From a bacterium (lineage in GTDB: Bacteria > UBA8248): a stretch of 64,000 bases of DNA. Below the pieces are notes generated by a model. The model was not told the DNA's origin. It saw nothing but the letters and a program-made list of their open reading frames with translations, and did no database searches. The DNA lies in NCBI GenBank assembly GCA_965199855.1, contig OZ241326.1:1632001-1696000 (forward strand), written 5' to 3'. Positions 9,047 through 18,020 of the stretch are shown one piece after another; within the stretch, counting starts at the first letter, position 1, and the number at the start of each line of letters is the position of its first letter. Position numbers and translations under genes: made by a program.

Positions 9047-10258
9047 TTGTCCCGCCTTCTGGAACACGACTCTTTGACGTTGCTGAGCCGGGGCGGCGTT
9101 CCCGCGCCGAAATTCGAGGTTTGCGCGAGCGCGGAGGACGCCGCCCGCGCTCTGACGCGCCTGGGCGGACGCGCCGTCATCAAGGCGCTCGTGCCGGTCG
9201 GGAAGCGGGGCAGGGCGGGCGCGGTGAAGGTCGCCGCCTCGGAGGAGGAGGCCCGCGCGCGCGCCGGGGAGATTCTCGGCATGGAGGTGAGGCGCTTTCC
9301 CGTCCGGCGCCTCATCGTGATGGAGGCGCTCGACATCCGGCGCGAGATTTTCTGCTCCATCTCCTTCGACGCGCGCCGGAAATGCCCGCTCATCCTCTTC
9401 AGCGCCGAGGGGGGCGTGGACGTCGAGGAGCTGGCGCTCGACCACCCCGACAAGCTCCTGGAATGGCCCGTGAACATTCTGGAGGGACTGAAGGCCGCCG
9501 CCGCCCTTGCGCTGGCGCGGCGCGCGGGGCTTTCGGGCGGCCTGGCCGAGCGGGTCGGCGGCGCGCTCTCCGCGATGTATCGGGTGTTCTGCGAGCATGA
9601 CTGCGAGATGATAGAGGTGAACCCCCTGGCGGAACTAGTCGACGGCCGCGTGGCGGCGGCCGCGGGCGTCGTGCGACTTGATGAGCAGGCGCTTTTCCGC
9701 CACCCGGAGCTGGCGGCCAAACTGGGCATTGAAGGAGGAAACGGCTGGCGGCCCCTGACGCCGCTCGAGGCGCGGATGCGCGAGATCGACGCCATCGACC
9801 CCCACGTGGGCGCGATTCGCTTCAGCGAGCTCGACGGCGACATCGGCTTCATGGTCACGGGCGGCGGCTACGGCCTATCGAGTCTGGAGGCGCTTTTGAG
9901 GCTGGGGGGAAAGCCGGCCACCACCTTCGACATCACGCCCGGGCGCTACGAGGAAAAGATGCGTGAGGCGGTCAAGGCGGTGCTCTCCATGCCCGGCCTC
10001 AAGGGTCTGGTGCTGGCGGGGAACGTGAGCAATTTCACGCGGGTGGACATAAAGACGGCGGGCGTGGTTCGCGCCTTGAAGGAAGCCGCTCTCGATTATG
10101 AAAAGTTCCCCGTCGTCGTACGCTACGCGGGCCCCGGGGTGGAGGAGGCGCGGCGGCTCATCGCGGAAGTTCCGGGCGTGGAGTGGCATGAGGACGAGGC
10201 GTCGATAGAGGACGTCATGGAGCGCATCGTCGCGCGCGTCCACGGAAAAACGGCGTGA
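9047..10258 (+). CDS. Succinate-CoA ligase beta subunit-like ATP-grasp acyl-CoA ligase
   Basis: LLEHDS, VIKALVPVGKRGRAGAV, EGGVDVE, IEVNPL, GGGYG, VVVRYAGP; TTG start 6 nt after GGAG. Confidence 0.85.
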   Translation: MSRLLEHDSLTLLSRGGVPAPKFEVCASAEDAARALTRLGGRAVIKALVPVGKRGRAGAVKVAASEEEARARAGEILGMEVRRFPVRRLIVMEALDIRREIFCSISFDARRKCPLILFSAEGGVDVEELALDHPDKLLEWPVNILEGLKAAAALALARRAGLSGGLAERVGGALSAMYRVFCEHDCEMIEVNPLAELVDGRVAAAAGVVRLDEQALFRHPELAAKLGIEGGNGWRPLTPLEARMREIDAIDPHVGAIRFSELDGDIGFMVTGGGYGLSSLEALLRLGGKPATTFDITPGRYEEKMREAVKAVLSMPGLKGLVLAGNVSNFTRVDIKTAGVVRALKEAALDYEKFPVVVRYAGPGVEEARRLIAEVPGVEWHEDEASIEDVMERIVARVHGKTA

Positions 10259-10367
10259 GCGGTGGGGGAGGGTGGACCGGCGGCGAGCGTCGGGGCCTTT
10301 GCGGGCCGGGAGCTTCGGCGAATTCTCGCGCCTCCGGGTACTGGGCGGTTTTCAGGGGAGATGCGGA

Positions 10368-11270
10368 TTGAGCATTCTGCTGGACTCCGCGACCCGGGTG
10401 CTCGTCCAGGGAGCGACGGGCGCCGAGGCGCGGCGGCTTCTGCCCACCATGACGGCCTACGGAACCCGCGTGGTGGCGGGCGTCTCTCCGGGAAAAGGGG
10501 GCGCTTTTGTCGGCGGCGCGCCGATCTACGACACGGTGGCCGCCGCCCTGAGCGCTCACGAGGCCGACCTGTCCGTCCTCTTCGTGCCGGCGCGCTTCGT
10601 GAAGGCCGCCGCCCTGGAGGCCATCGAGGCGGGCGTGCCCGTCGTGCACGTTCTCGCGGAGGGCGTGCCGCATCACGACGCCTGCGTCCTGCTCGCGCGC
10701 GCGGCGGAGAAGGGCGCGTTCGTCATCGGCCCCAACAGCCAGGGCATGGTGAGCCCGGGCAAGGCGAAGCTGGGCGGCACGGGGGGCGAGGTGCCGGAAC
10801 TCATGTTCCGCCCCGGCCCCGTGGGCGTGGTGAGCCGAAGCGGGGGGATGGGCGCGGAAATATGCCTGTTTCTGACGCGGGCGGGAATCGGCCAGAGCAC
10901 CTACGTGGCCCTGGGGGGCGACCTGCTCATCGGCGCGGCCTTCGTCGAAATGCTCGCGCTGTTCGAGGAGGACCCCGATACGCGCGTCGTCGTCATGTTC
11001 GGGGAGCCGGGAACGGACAGGGAGGAGGCGGCGGCGCGCTTCATCGCCGGGGGCGGCTTCACCAAGCCCGTGGTGGCGATGGTTCCGGGCGAGTTCTGGG
11101 AAACCTCCCCCACGCCCGCCAGCGTGAGCCACACCGGCGCGCTCATCGAGCGAGGCCGGGGCGCGCCCTCCCTCAAGAAAAGGCTGCTGAGAGAGGCCGG
11201 CGTCTCGGTGGCGGAGAAGTTTTCCGAAATCGCGCCCCTCGTCCGGGAGGCTCTGGCGCGCGCGGGTTAG
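10368..11270 (+). CDS. Succinate-CoA ligase alpha subunit-like (CoA-binding) protein
   Basis: MSILLDSATRVLVQGATG, VAGVSPGKGG, IGPNSQG, VSRSGG, phospho-His motif SHTGA; TTG start inferred from homology. Confidence 0.88.
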   Translation: MSILLDSATRVLVQGATGAEARRLLPTMTAYGTRVVAGVSPGKGGAFVGGAPIYDTVAAALSAHEADLSVLFVPARFVKAAALEAIEAGVPVVHVLAEGVPHHDACVLLARAAEKGAFVIGPNSQGMVSPGKAKLGGTGGEVPELMFRPGPVGVVSRSGGMGAEICLFLTRAGIGQSTYVALGGDLLIGAAFVEMLALFEEDPDTRVVVMFGEPGTDREEAAARFIAGGGFTKPVVAMVPGEFWETSPTPASVSHTGALIERGRGAPSLKKRLLREAGVSVAEKFSEIAPLVREALARAG

Positions 11271-12025
11271 GGCGCCATCGTCGCCCCGCCGTTCACGTCG
11301 AGGGTCGCGCCGGTGATGTAGCCCGCCTCCCTGCTGCACAGAAAGACGACCGCCTGGGCGATCTCCTCGGGTTCCGCGAGCCTGCCCGCCGGGGACGTCT
11401 TCTCGATGTGCGCGATCCGTTCGGAGGTGCGGATGCCGAGCGTTCGCGGCGTCCGCGCGTTGGCCGGCGCCACGGCGTTGACGGTGACGCCGTGCGGCCC
11501 CAGCTCGCGCGCCGCCTGGCGGGTGAGGCCCAGCGCTCCCGCCTTGGCGGCCGCGTAGTGGGGCGGGTTGGGATTCACGCCGCTGCGCGCGGCCATGCTG
11601 GAGAGGGTGACGAAGCGCCCGTAGCCCGCCTCGACCATGAGGGGGGCTGCGGCCTTCAGAAGATAGAACATGGATTTGAGGTTCGAGTCCACCACGCCGT
11701 CCCAGGCCTCGACGGGGCAGTCGAGCAGGCTCACGTATCGCGGGAAGCCGCCCGCGCTGTGGACGAGAACGTCTATCTTCCCCGCCCGGCGATGGGCTTC
11801 CTCAACGGCCGCGCGGGTCGCCTCCCAGTCGGTGAGGTCGGCGACGACGGCGCGGGCGCGCCCCCCGCTTTCGCCGATGGACGCGGCGACCGCTTCGGCG
11901 CCTTCTCCGTCCAGATCCACGAGGGCGACCTCCGCCCCCTCGCGGGCGAGAATTCTCGCCGTGGCCTCGCCGATGCCGGTCGCCGCCCCCGTGACGACGG
12001 CGCTTTGTCCCTCGAAGCGGCTCAT
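11267..12025 (-). CDS. Short-chain dehydrogenase/reductase (FabG-like)
   Basis: VTGAATGIG, YAAAK, VTVNAVAP, YITGATLDVNGG. Confidence 0.92.
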   Translation of the reverse strand: MSRFEGQSAVVTGAATGIGEATARILAREGAEVALVDLDGEGAEAVAASIGESGGRARAVVADLTDWEATRAAVEEAHRRAGKIDVLVHSAGGFPRYVSLLDCPVEAWDGVVDSNLKSMFYLLKAAAPLMVEAGYGRFVTLSSMAARSGVNPNPPHYAAAKAGALGLTRQAARELGPHGVTVNAVAPANARTPRTLGIRTSERIAHIEKTSPAGRLAEPEEIAQAVVFLCSREAGYITGATLDVNGGATMAP

Positions 12026-12199
12026 GCGCGGCTCCTCAGAAAAGCGGCGCGCGGCGATTCCGAATCGCCGCCGCGCTTCACGCGACAGGCGTCAGCCCCG
12101 CAAACGCCTCGCGGACGGCTTCCCCGCCGTTCTTTCTTGGGGAGCTCTTCTAACCATTTCATGGTTTCCTCCGTTCATTGCCCCTGATGTGACACCTCC

Positions 12200-12868
12200 T
12201 CACTTCCAAACGTCCTCCCTTGATTCCCAATGCGCCTTTACGGCGTCGAACCTGCCCATGCGGTCTCTGGTTTTCTCGATTTCCCGGGGGTAGAAAGCGA
12301 GCATTGCGTCGCAAAGCTGAAGCATCCATTCTTTGCGTGAATGCCCATGATTTATCTTGATATGGTTGGAATTCGCTATCTGAATCTGTCCCCACCCCAG
12401 CGCACCCACGGTCAGGCATTCCCAGTCTAGGTATTCGATGGGACAAAAAATGACTTCCGTCGCCCTCAGCCGGGTGTCGTCAATGGCGTATTTGACCATG
12501 ATGAGCGAAAAGACGTTTTTGTCCGACTCGTAAAACCTCGCCAATCGCTCTACGGAGGTGAGGTTCGGCATGTTGAACTTGGTATCCTCCCTGTGCGTTT
12601 TTACATCGACAACTGAATAAAAGCCCTCCCGGTCGGTGAAGGCGAGGTCAGCCATCGCCCTGCGCGCGAAGTCGTTCGAGTATTTGACGCATCAATCCCG
12701 TAAGAACGCATTGAATTTCTCCGAGATCAAGAACTCTATGGCGTCTCCGACTGCCCTCGTGTTGCGCGCGGTTTGAGAAGAGAGGAAATCCGGCGAGGCG
12801 TTGATGTGATCTCTGATTTTCCCGGCCGCTTCCAGATGATGCCCGTCATAGTAGAAAGACGATTTCAT
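12200..12868 (-). pseudogene. Putative Type II restriction endonuclease with internal TGA stop
   Basis: ATG at 12868 overlaps the MTase stop; reads MKSSFYYDGHHLEAAGKIRDHINASPDFLSS...NAFLRD*CVKYSNDFARRAMADLAF...VVDVKT (PD-(D/E)XK-like AD...DVK). In-frame TGA at 12692-12694 (codon 59). AT-richer than flanks. Confidence 0.75.
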
Positions 12869-13863
12869 AATGAGAGTTTTTCTTGTTTAGGGGGCCGTGA
12901 TTTTTCTCCGGCCCGCTCAGCTCCGGAGTTTCTCTCCCGGAACACGCCGTCCGCGTATCCCTGAATCCTCGCGTCGGAGGCGGCCCGCTCCAGGCGCTTG
13001 AGCGCCCAGCAGCAGTATTCCTCGCTCAGCTCGACGCCGCAGAAGTTTCTGCCCAGCTTTTTGGCGACGGCGGCCGTCGTCCCGCTCCCCAGAAACGGAT
13101 CGAACACGAAATCGCCCTCGCGCGAACTGGCGAGAACGAGCTTCGCTATCAGTTTTTCGGGCTTCTGCGTCGGGTGGTCGGTGTTCTCCGGCATCGACCA
13201 GAAGGGGATGGTGATGTCCGTCCAGACGTTGGAGGGGCGCGTCAGGCGATAGTTTCCGCCCTTTTCCGCGCGCCAGTCCTTGGGGCGCCCGTTTTCCCGG
13301 TAGGGCGCGCGCACCTTGCGCTTGAGCTTCACGGCGTCCACGTTGAAGCAGTAATCATCCGACATCGTGCAGAACCAGACGTCCTCGGCGTTGTTCTTCC
13401 AGTTGGCTTTCGCCCCGCGCCCTTTTTCCCGTTCCCAGGTGATGCGGCTGCGAACGCGAAAATGCGCTTCGAGAACCGGCGCGATGAGGATGGAGGTTTT
13501 CCAGTCGGCGCAGGCGTAGACCGTAGCCGCGCGCTTGAGCGTCGGCAGGAGAAGCTCGACGACGCGCCGGAACCATGCCTGATACTCCGCCTTGTCCTTC
13601 TCCCCGAAGCGGCGGCCGTTGTAGTTTTTCGACAGATTGTAGGGTGGGTCGAGAACGAGCAGGTCGACGAACGCGCGGGGCAGCTTTCCGGCGACCTCGA
13701 GCGTGTCGCCGCAGATGATTTTGCCGCGAACGTCCGCGTCAGGCGCGAGTTTGTCGGCGTGAAGGATATTGGCCGAGAGGCGGGCGATTTCGTCCGCGCC
13801 GCAGGCGAGCGTTCGGTTTCTCGGCGCGCGTCGCTTCATGTCGGGCTTCGCTTCGCGGGTCAT
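12865..13863 (-). CDS. DNA N4/N6 methyltransferase, beta-class order
   Basis: Motif IV DPPY precedes HPTQKP and motif I DPFLGSGTT. Confidence 0.93.
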   Translation of the reverse strand: MTREAKPDMKRRAPRNRTLACGADEIARLSANILHADKLAPDADVRGKIICGDTLEVAGKLPRAFVDLLVLDPPYNLSKNYNGRRFGEKDKAEYQAWFRRVVELLLPTLKRAATVYACADWKTSILIAPVLEAHFRVRSRITWEREKGRGAKANWKNNAEDVWFCTMSDDYCFNVDAVKLKRKVRAPYRENGRPKDWRAEKGGNYRLTRPSNVWTDITIPFWSMPENTDHPTQKPEKLIAKLVLASSREGDFVFDPFLGSGTTAAVAKKLGRNFCGVELSEEYCCWALKRLERAASDARIQGYADGVFRERNSGAERAGEKSRPPKQEKLSL

Positions 13864-13941
13864 GGGGCGGGATGGCTCGTCTGCGGGCGAACTATGGGGC
13901 CGCGCCTCTCGGGCGGCCGCGGCCCCGGCGCGGCGGGAAGC

Positions 13942-15099
13942 CTACAGGATTCCCTCTCGGGTTTCGGCGAGCGCCATGTCCACAACGCGGCGCAGCGCCT
14001 CTTCCTCCGAATCGCCCTCCAGGCGGCGCAGGCGATAGAGATCGACCTGCCGGTCCGCGCCCGTGCCCTCCCGGATGATGGTCAGCGCGCGGAACATCTC
14101 CGCCTCGCAGCCAAGCGCGCGGGCGTCGGAGGCGAGCTTCTCGACGAGCTCGGCCGCGTAGTCGTTGATGTCCACCCGCCCGCTCCCGCTCGTGGTGTCG
14201 CCGAAGAAGGCGAGCACGCCGTAGCGCTGGGCGACCCAGCGGTTCTCCGCGATGAGCTCCGTGGGCGGTTCGGGCGGTAGCGCGCCCTCTCTGTCCTGGC
14301 GCATGAGCCACCGGACGAGCGCCCCGTAGAGGGCGGCGATGCTCACGGCGTCCTCGAGGCGCGGGCAGATGTCGCAGATGCGCATCTCCATCGTGGGGGC
14401 GGCGTGGGAGGGACGGACGTCCCACCAGAGTTCGCTTCCGTTCTCGATGAACTTCATGCGCTGGTAGCCGGCGACGAGGCTGTCGTATTCCTCGCGGGAG
14501 GCCATCGGCAGGGGGAGGCTCGTGCGCGGCAGCGCGCCGACCAGGTTCAGCCGCCAGGACTTGAAGCCGGTCTCGCGGCCCTCGTTGAAGGGCGAGGAGG
14601 TGGAAAGGGCGTGGAGCAGGGGGAGGTAGCGCCGGATGGCGGTCATCACCCGGATGCGCGCGTCGGGATCCGAGAAGCCCGCGTGAATGTGCATTCCGCC
14701 GACGAGCATTCGCCGCAGGGCCTCCTGGAACGTGGTGGCGAACCGCTCGTAGCGCTCCTTCGCGGTGGGCGCCTGCGCCCGCCACGCCGCGAAGGGATGG
14801 GTGGAGGAGCCGAGCACGGCGGCCCCGTGCGCCTCGGCCGCCTCGATGACGATGCGGCGGGTCTCGCGCAGCGCCGCGCGCAGCTCGGCCACCGACTCGC
14901 ACACCCGCGTGTTGGTCTCGATCTGCGAGCGCATGAACTCGGGCACGACCCGGTGCGGCCCGCGGTTGCTCTCGCAGTGTTCGAGAATGCCGGGCGCCGG
15001 GTCCGCGAGGAGATCGCGGGTGTCGGGGTCGATGAGAAAGAATTCCTCCTCCACCCCGAAAGTGATGGCGAGGTCTCCGTGGCCCGCATCGTCGGTCAT
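13942..15099 (-). CDS. Carboxylate-amine ligase (YbdK/glutamate-cysteine ligase family 2)
   Basis: TFGVEEEFFL, SQIETNT, GMHIHAG, SSPF, LWWDVRPS, TMEMRICD, ENRWVAQRYG; start could be 15117. Confidence 0.9.
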   Translation of the reverse strand: MTDDAGHGDLAITFGVEEEFFLIDPDTRDLLADPAPGILEHCESNRGPHRVVPEFMRSQIETNTRVCESVAELRAALRETRRIVIEAAEAHGAAVLGSSTHPFAAWRAQAPTAKERYERFATTFQEALRRMLVGGMHIHAGFSDPDARIRVMTAIRRYLPLLHALSTSSPFNEGRETGFKSWRLNLVGALPRTSLPLPMASREEYDSLVAGYQRMKFIENGSELWWDVRPSHAAPTMEMRICDICPRLEDAVSIAALYGALVRWLMRQDREGALPPEPPTELIAENRWVAQRYGVLAFFGDTTSGSGRVDINDYAAELVEKLASDARALGCEAEMFRALTIIREGTGADRQVDLYRLRRLEGDSEEEALRRVVDMALAETREGIL

Positions 15100-15272
15100 C
15101 AGCGTCGCTCCTTCCATCCGGCCGGGCCCGGACGCCTCGCGGATTTCTCCGCCTCCGGCTGTCAACGGCGCGGACTCTCCCGCGGCGCTCGCTTCTCTCC
15201 TCGCCGCCTCCGCCTCATCCTCCGAGCATAGGCGAGTCGGGGCGTTTTGTAAAATTCGCCCCCCGTCCGCGC

Positions 15273-16502
15273 CTATGGGTGGGGAAGCGCCCGCGGGCGC
15301 GGCCTGCCGAGGCTGGCGAGGGCGAAGGGCAGGGTGACGAGCGCCGCGACGGCGCCCGCCCCCGCGAGGCCGACGGCGTCCACGCAGAGGCCGATGAGGG
15401 GAGCCAGCACCATGGCGGCGAGCGATTTGCACTGCGTCTCCACCGAGAGGATCGTGGCGCCCGCCTCGGGCGCGCCGTGGGCGTCGATGCGGCTCATCAG
15501 CACGGGGCGCCAGAAATTCTGGAGGACGGCCAGGGCGACGAAGCCCGCGATGACGATGGAATTCCACCCTGTCCAGAGTCCCCAGGCGAGGAGGGCGTAG
15601 ATGAGGGAGGTCGCCCCCCAGAGGGATTTCGCCGCGGCCTCCTCGGAGCCCGCGGCGCTGACGAGGCGGTGCCCCCCGCGCGAGGCGAAGCTCGAAAGCA
15701 GGTGGAGGACGAAATACACGGCGCCGACCAGCACGGCGACGCGCTGCTGCTGTTCCCAGGCGGCGAGCAGCGCCAGGCCGAGCGCGGCCTGCTGGATGAC
15801 GGGCTGAATGTAGTCCTTCGCCGCCTTGTAGGTGCCCTCGTAGCCCATGGATTCCGCGAGAATGCCGCGTAGCGGACCCCCGGCGAACGTCATGCGCATG
15901 GAGCTTTTCAGGTGCTCCCAGACGTTCGGGATTTTCGCGTCCTTCGCGCGCGCGCCGTCCAGCGCGGCCGGATAGCCCATGAAGTTCACGATGTTCATCG
16001 CGTAGGGGATGACGGCGAGGAGGAAGATGTCGCTGTAGCGCGCGCCGGTGAATACGAACGCGCCGGCGATGACGACCGAGACGGCGGAGCCCATCTTCGA
16101 CCACGAGCGCGTGAAGCCATAGACGCGGGTGCGCTCCTCCTCCCGGCCCCGCATCCGCAGCCACTCGAAGATCATCGCCTTGTGCGTGCCGGTGCGGAAG
16201 GAATCGCCGACGGCGAAGGCGAACATGGCGAGGAGCAGGGTGGCGAAGGAGTCCGAGAAGGCGAAAGCGAGGAAGGAGGCGATGTAGGCGAGAAACGAGA
16301 AGATCATCGAGTGCCTTCTGCCGTAGAGGTCGGCCACCGCGCCGCTGGGGATTTCAAAGACGTTGATGCACGCCTCGCGGAAGCCGATGAGCAGGCCGAT
16401 TTGAAAGAAGGAGAGGTCTTTTTCCAGGAAGGCGAGAATCAGGAAAGGCTCGAAATAGACCTGGTTCTTGAGAAAGCCGTAGAGGGAGAAGCGAAAGAGC
16501 AT
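15273..16502 (-). CDS. MFS transporter
   Basis: About 12 TM segments; FEIPSGAVADLYGRR motif A; start MLFRFSLYG after GGAGG. Confidence 0.88.
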   Translation of the reverse strand: MLFRFSLYGFLKNQVYFEPFLILAFLEKDLSFFQIGLLIGFREACINVFEIPSGAVADLYGRRHSMIFSFLAYIASFLAFAFSDSFATLLLAMFAFAVGDSFRTGTHKAMIFEWLRMRGREEERTRVYGFTRSWSKMGSAVSVVIAGAFVFTGARYSDIFLLAVIPYAMNIVNFMGYPAALDGARAKDAKIPNVWEHLKSSMRMTFAGGPLRGILAESMGYEGTYKAAKDYIQPVIQQAALGLALLAAWEQQQRVAVLVGAVYFVLHLLSSFASRGGHRLVSAAGSEEAAAKSLWGATSLIYALLAWGLWTGWNSIVIAGFVALAVLQNFWRPVLMSRIDAHGAPEAGATILSVETQCKSLAAMVLAPLIGLCVDAVGLAGAGAVAALVTLPFALASLGRPRPRALPHP

Positions 16503-16742
16503 CGGAGGCCTCCTCATTACCCTTGCGCCCCGGGTTCCGCGCGTCCGCGCCCGGGACGGCATGGAGAGGCGTCGTTCGCTAGCGGGATTGTAGCAGAAAC
16601 CGCATGGGGCGGCGCGTCTTTTTCGCAAGCGTTTCCGGCGGCGAAGGGAGGGGTCGCGGCTCGTCCGGGCCGCCGGGACGCCCTCCGCGCATTTCGGAGT
16701 TTCGCCGTCCTCCGCTTCATGGCCCCTGTTTCTGGTCGCGCC

Positions 16743-17630
16743 TTATTGGCGAACCCGCCAGCCGATGAGGGCGGCGCCGATCACCATGCAGGCCGTGCCG
16801 GCGATGATGGCGGGCGTGATGCGCTCCATCTTCCTGAGCAGGAAGAGGCTCATCACGAGGCTGAACACGGGCGCCGTGGAGGTGAGCGGCGCCACGACGG
16901 AAAGATCGCCGATGCTGATGGCGGTGAAGTGGAGGAAAAAGCCCAGGGCGTTCAGCAGTCCGCAGAAGCCGTAGATGAGCCACGCCTTCGGGCGGCCGAA
17001 CTGGTTGGGCTTCTGATTCTTCGGAAACAGCGGGATGAAGGCGACGAGAAAGACGAACCCCGCCAGCGTCGAGAGGGTCGCGCCCATGAGCGGGGCGGAG
17101 ACGTGGGCGAACGCGAACTTTCGGAAAAGAAACGAGAACGCGGCGGTGATGGTGCTCGCGCAGGCGAGCCAGAGGTGCTTGCGCCGCCAGGAGGTGTCGT
17201 CGGCCTTCTTGTAGGTGAGCGCCACGCTGCCGAAGACGATGAAGAGCGTCCCGGCCAGGATGAGCGTCCCCGGCCTTTCGCCGAGAAAGGCCACGGCGAG
17301 CGAGGTGGAGAAGAAGGGCGTCAGCGAGTTGAACGGCATGGCGCGCGCGACGCCCAGGTAGGAGATGCTCAGGTAAAGAAAGACGCGCGACATCGCCGGC
17401 CCCACGAGGCCCGCCAGCGTGAAATAGAAGAACGCGGGCGGACTCCACCACGCCGGCTCCCAGAGATGCCAGGTGATCCCGATCATCACGGGCAGGGAGG
17501 TGAACATGCCGATGAAGACGCCCGTCAGCGCGTTCGCGTGCTGGCTGCCCTTGCGGATGAGCACGCTGAACGTGGCGAAGACCACGGCGGTGGACATGGC
17601 GTAGGCTGCGGCGAGGAGCTGGGGGTTCAT
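16743..17630 (-). CDS. DMT/EamA family transporter
   Basis: Ten hydrophobic segments in two halves; FLGER, SVVAPL, LLRKMERIT. Confidence 0.85.
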   Translation of the reverse strand: MNPQLLAAAYAMSTAVVFATFSVLIRKGSQHANALTGVFIGMFTSLPVMIGITWHLWEPAWWSPPAFFYFTLAGLVGPAMSRVFLYLSISYLGVARAMPFNSLTPFFSTSLAVAFLGERPGTLILAGTLFIVFGSVALTYKKADDTSWRRKHLWLACASTITAAFSFLFRKFAFAHVSAPLMGATLSTLAGFVFLVAFIPLFPKNQKPNQFGRPKAWLIYGFCGLLNALGFFLHFTAISIGDLSVVAPLTSTAPVFSLVMSLFLLRKMERITPAIIAGTACMVIGAALIGWRVRQ

Positions 17631-18020
17631 CTGGCTCCCGGGTTCGATGGGGCGCTTTCCGCGATTCGCCCATCCGCAAGGCGCGGCTCATCGGGCCGGG
17701 CCTGCGAGGGGGCGGATTCTTCCGCTTTTCCTTGCGGCCTGGGCGGCCGCCGGGGCGCGCGGGTCGGCCGGGAAGGAAAATCCGCGAGGCGCAATCTACA
17801 GGCCGCGCGCCCTCCTGGGAAGCGCGGGGGAGGAATTTCGCGGGAATCGCGTTCCGGCCCGGCCTTTTCACTGTCTTTTCATGCAAGCGTCACCGTTTCT
17901 TGACCTGTATTTGACGATTCCTCGCTAGGATGCGCATCGCCGCCCATGAGATTGCCGGACGGGCGAGGTCTTTCGCGCGCCGGCCGCTCTTTTCAATGCG
18001 CACGACGGGGAGAACAAGAA

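Noticed and set aside
12692-12694. In-frame TGA as selenocysteine or a recoded genetic code
   Set aside because: No redox-motif context and no evident SECIS hairpin; many intact genes in the window terminate at TGA.
13942-16164. 740-aa ORF suggesting a fusion to YbdK
   Set aside because: The N-terminal half is an off-frame read of the MFS gene; YbdK homology begins near 15099.
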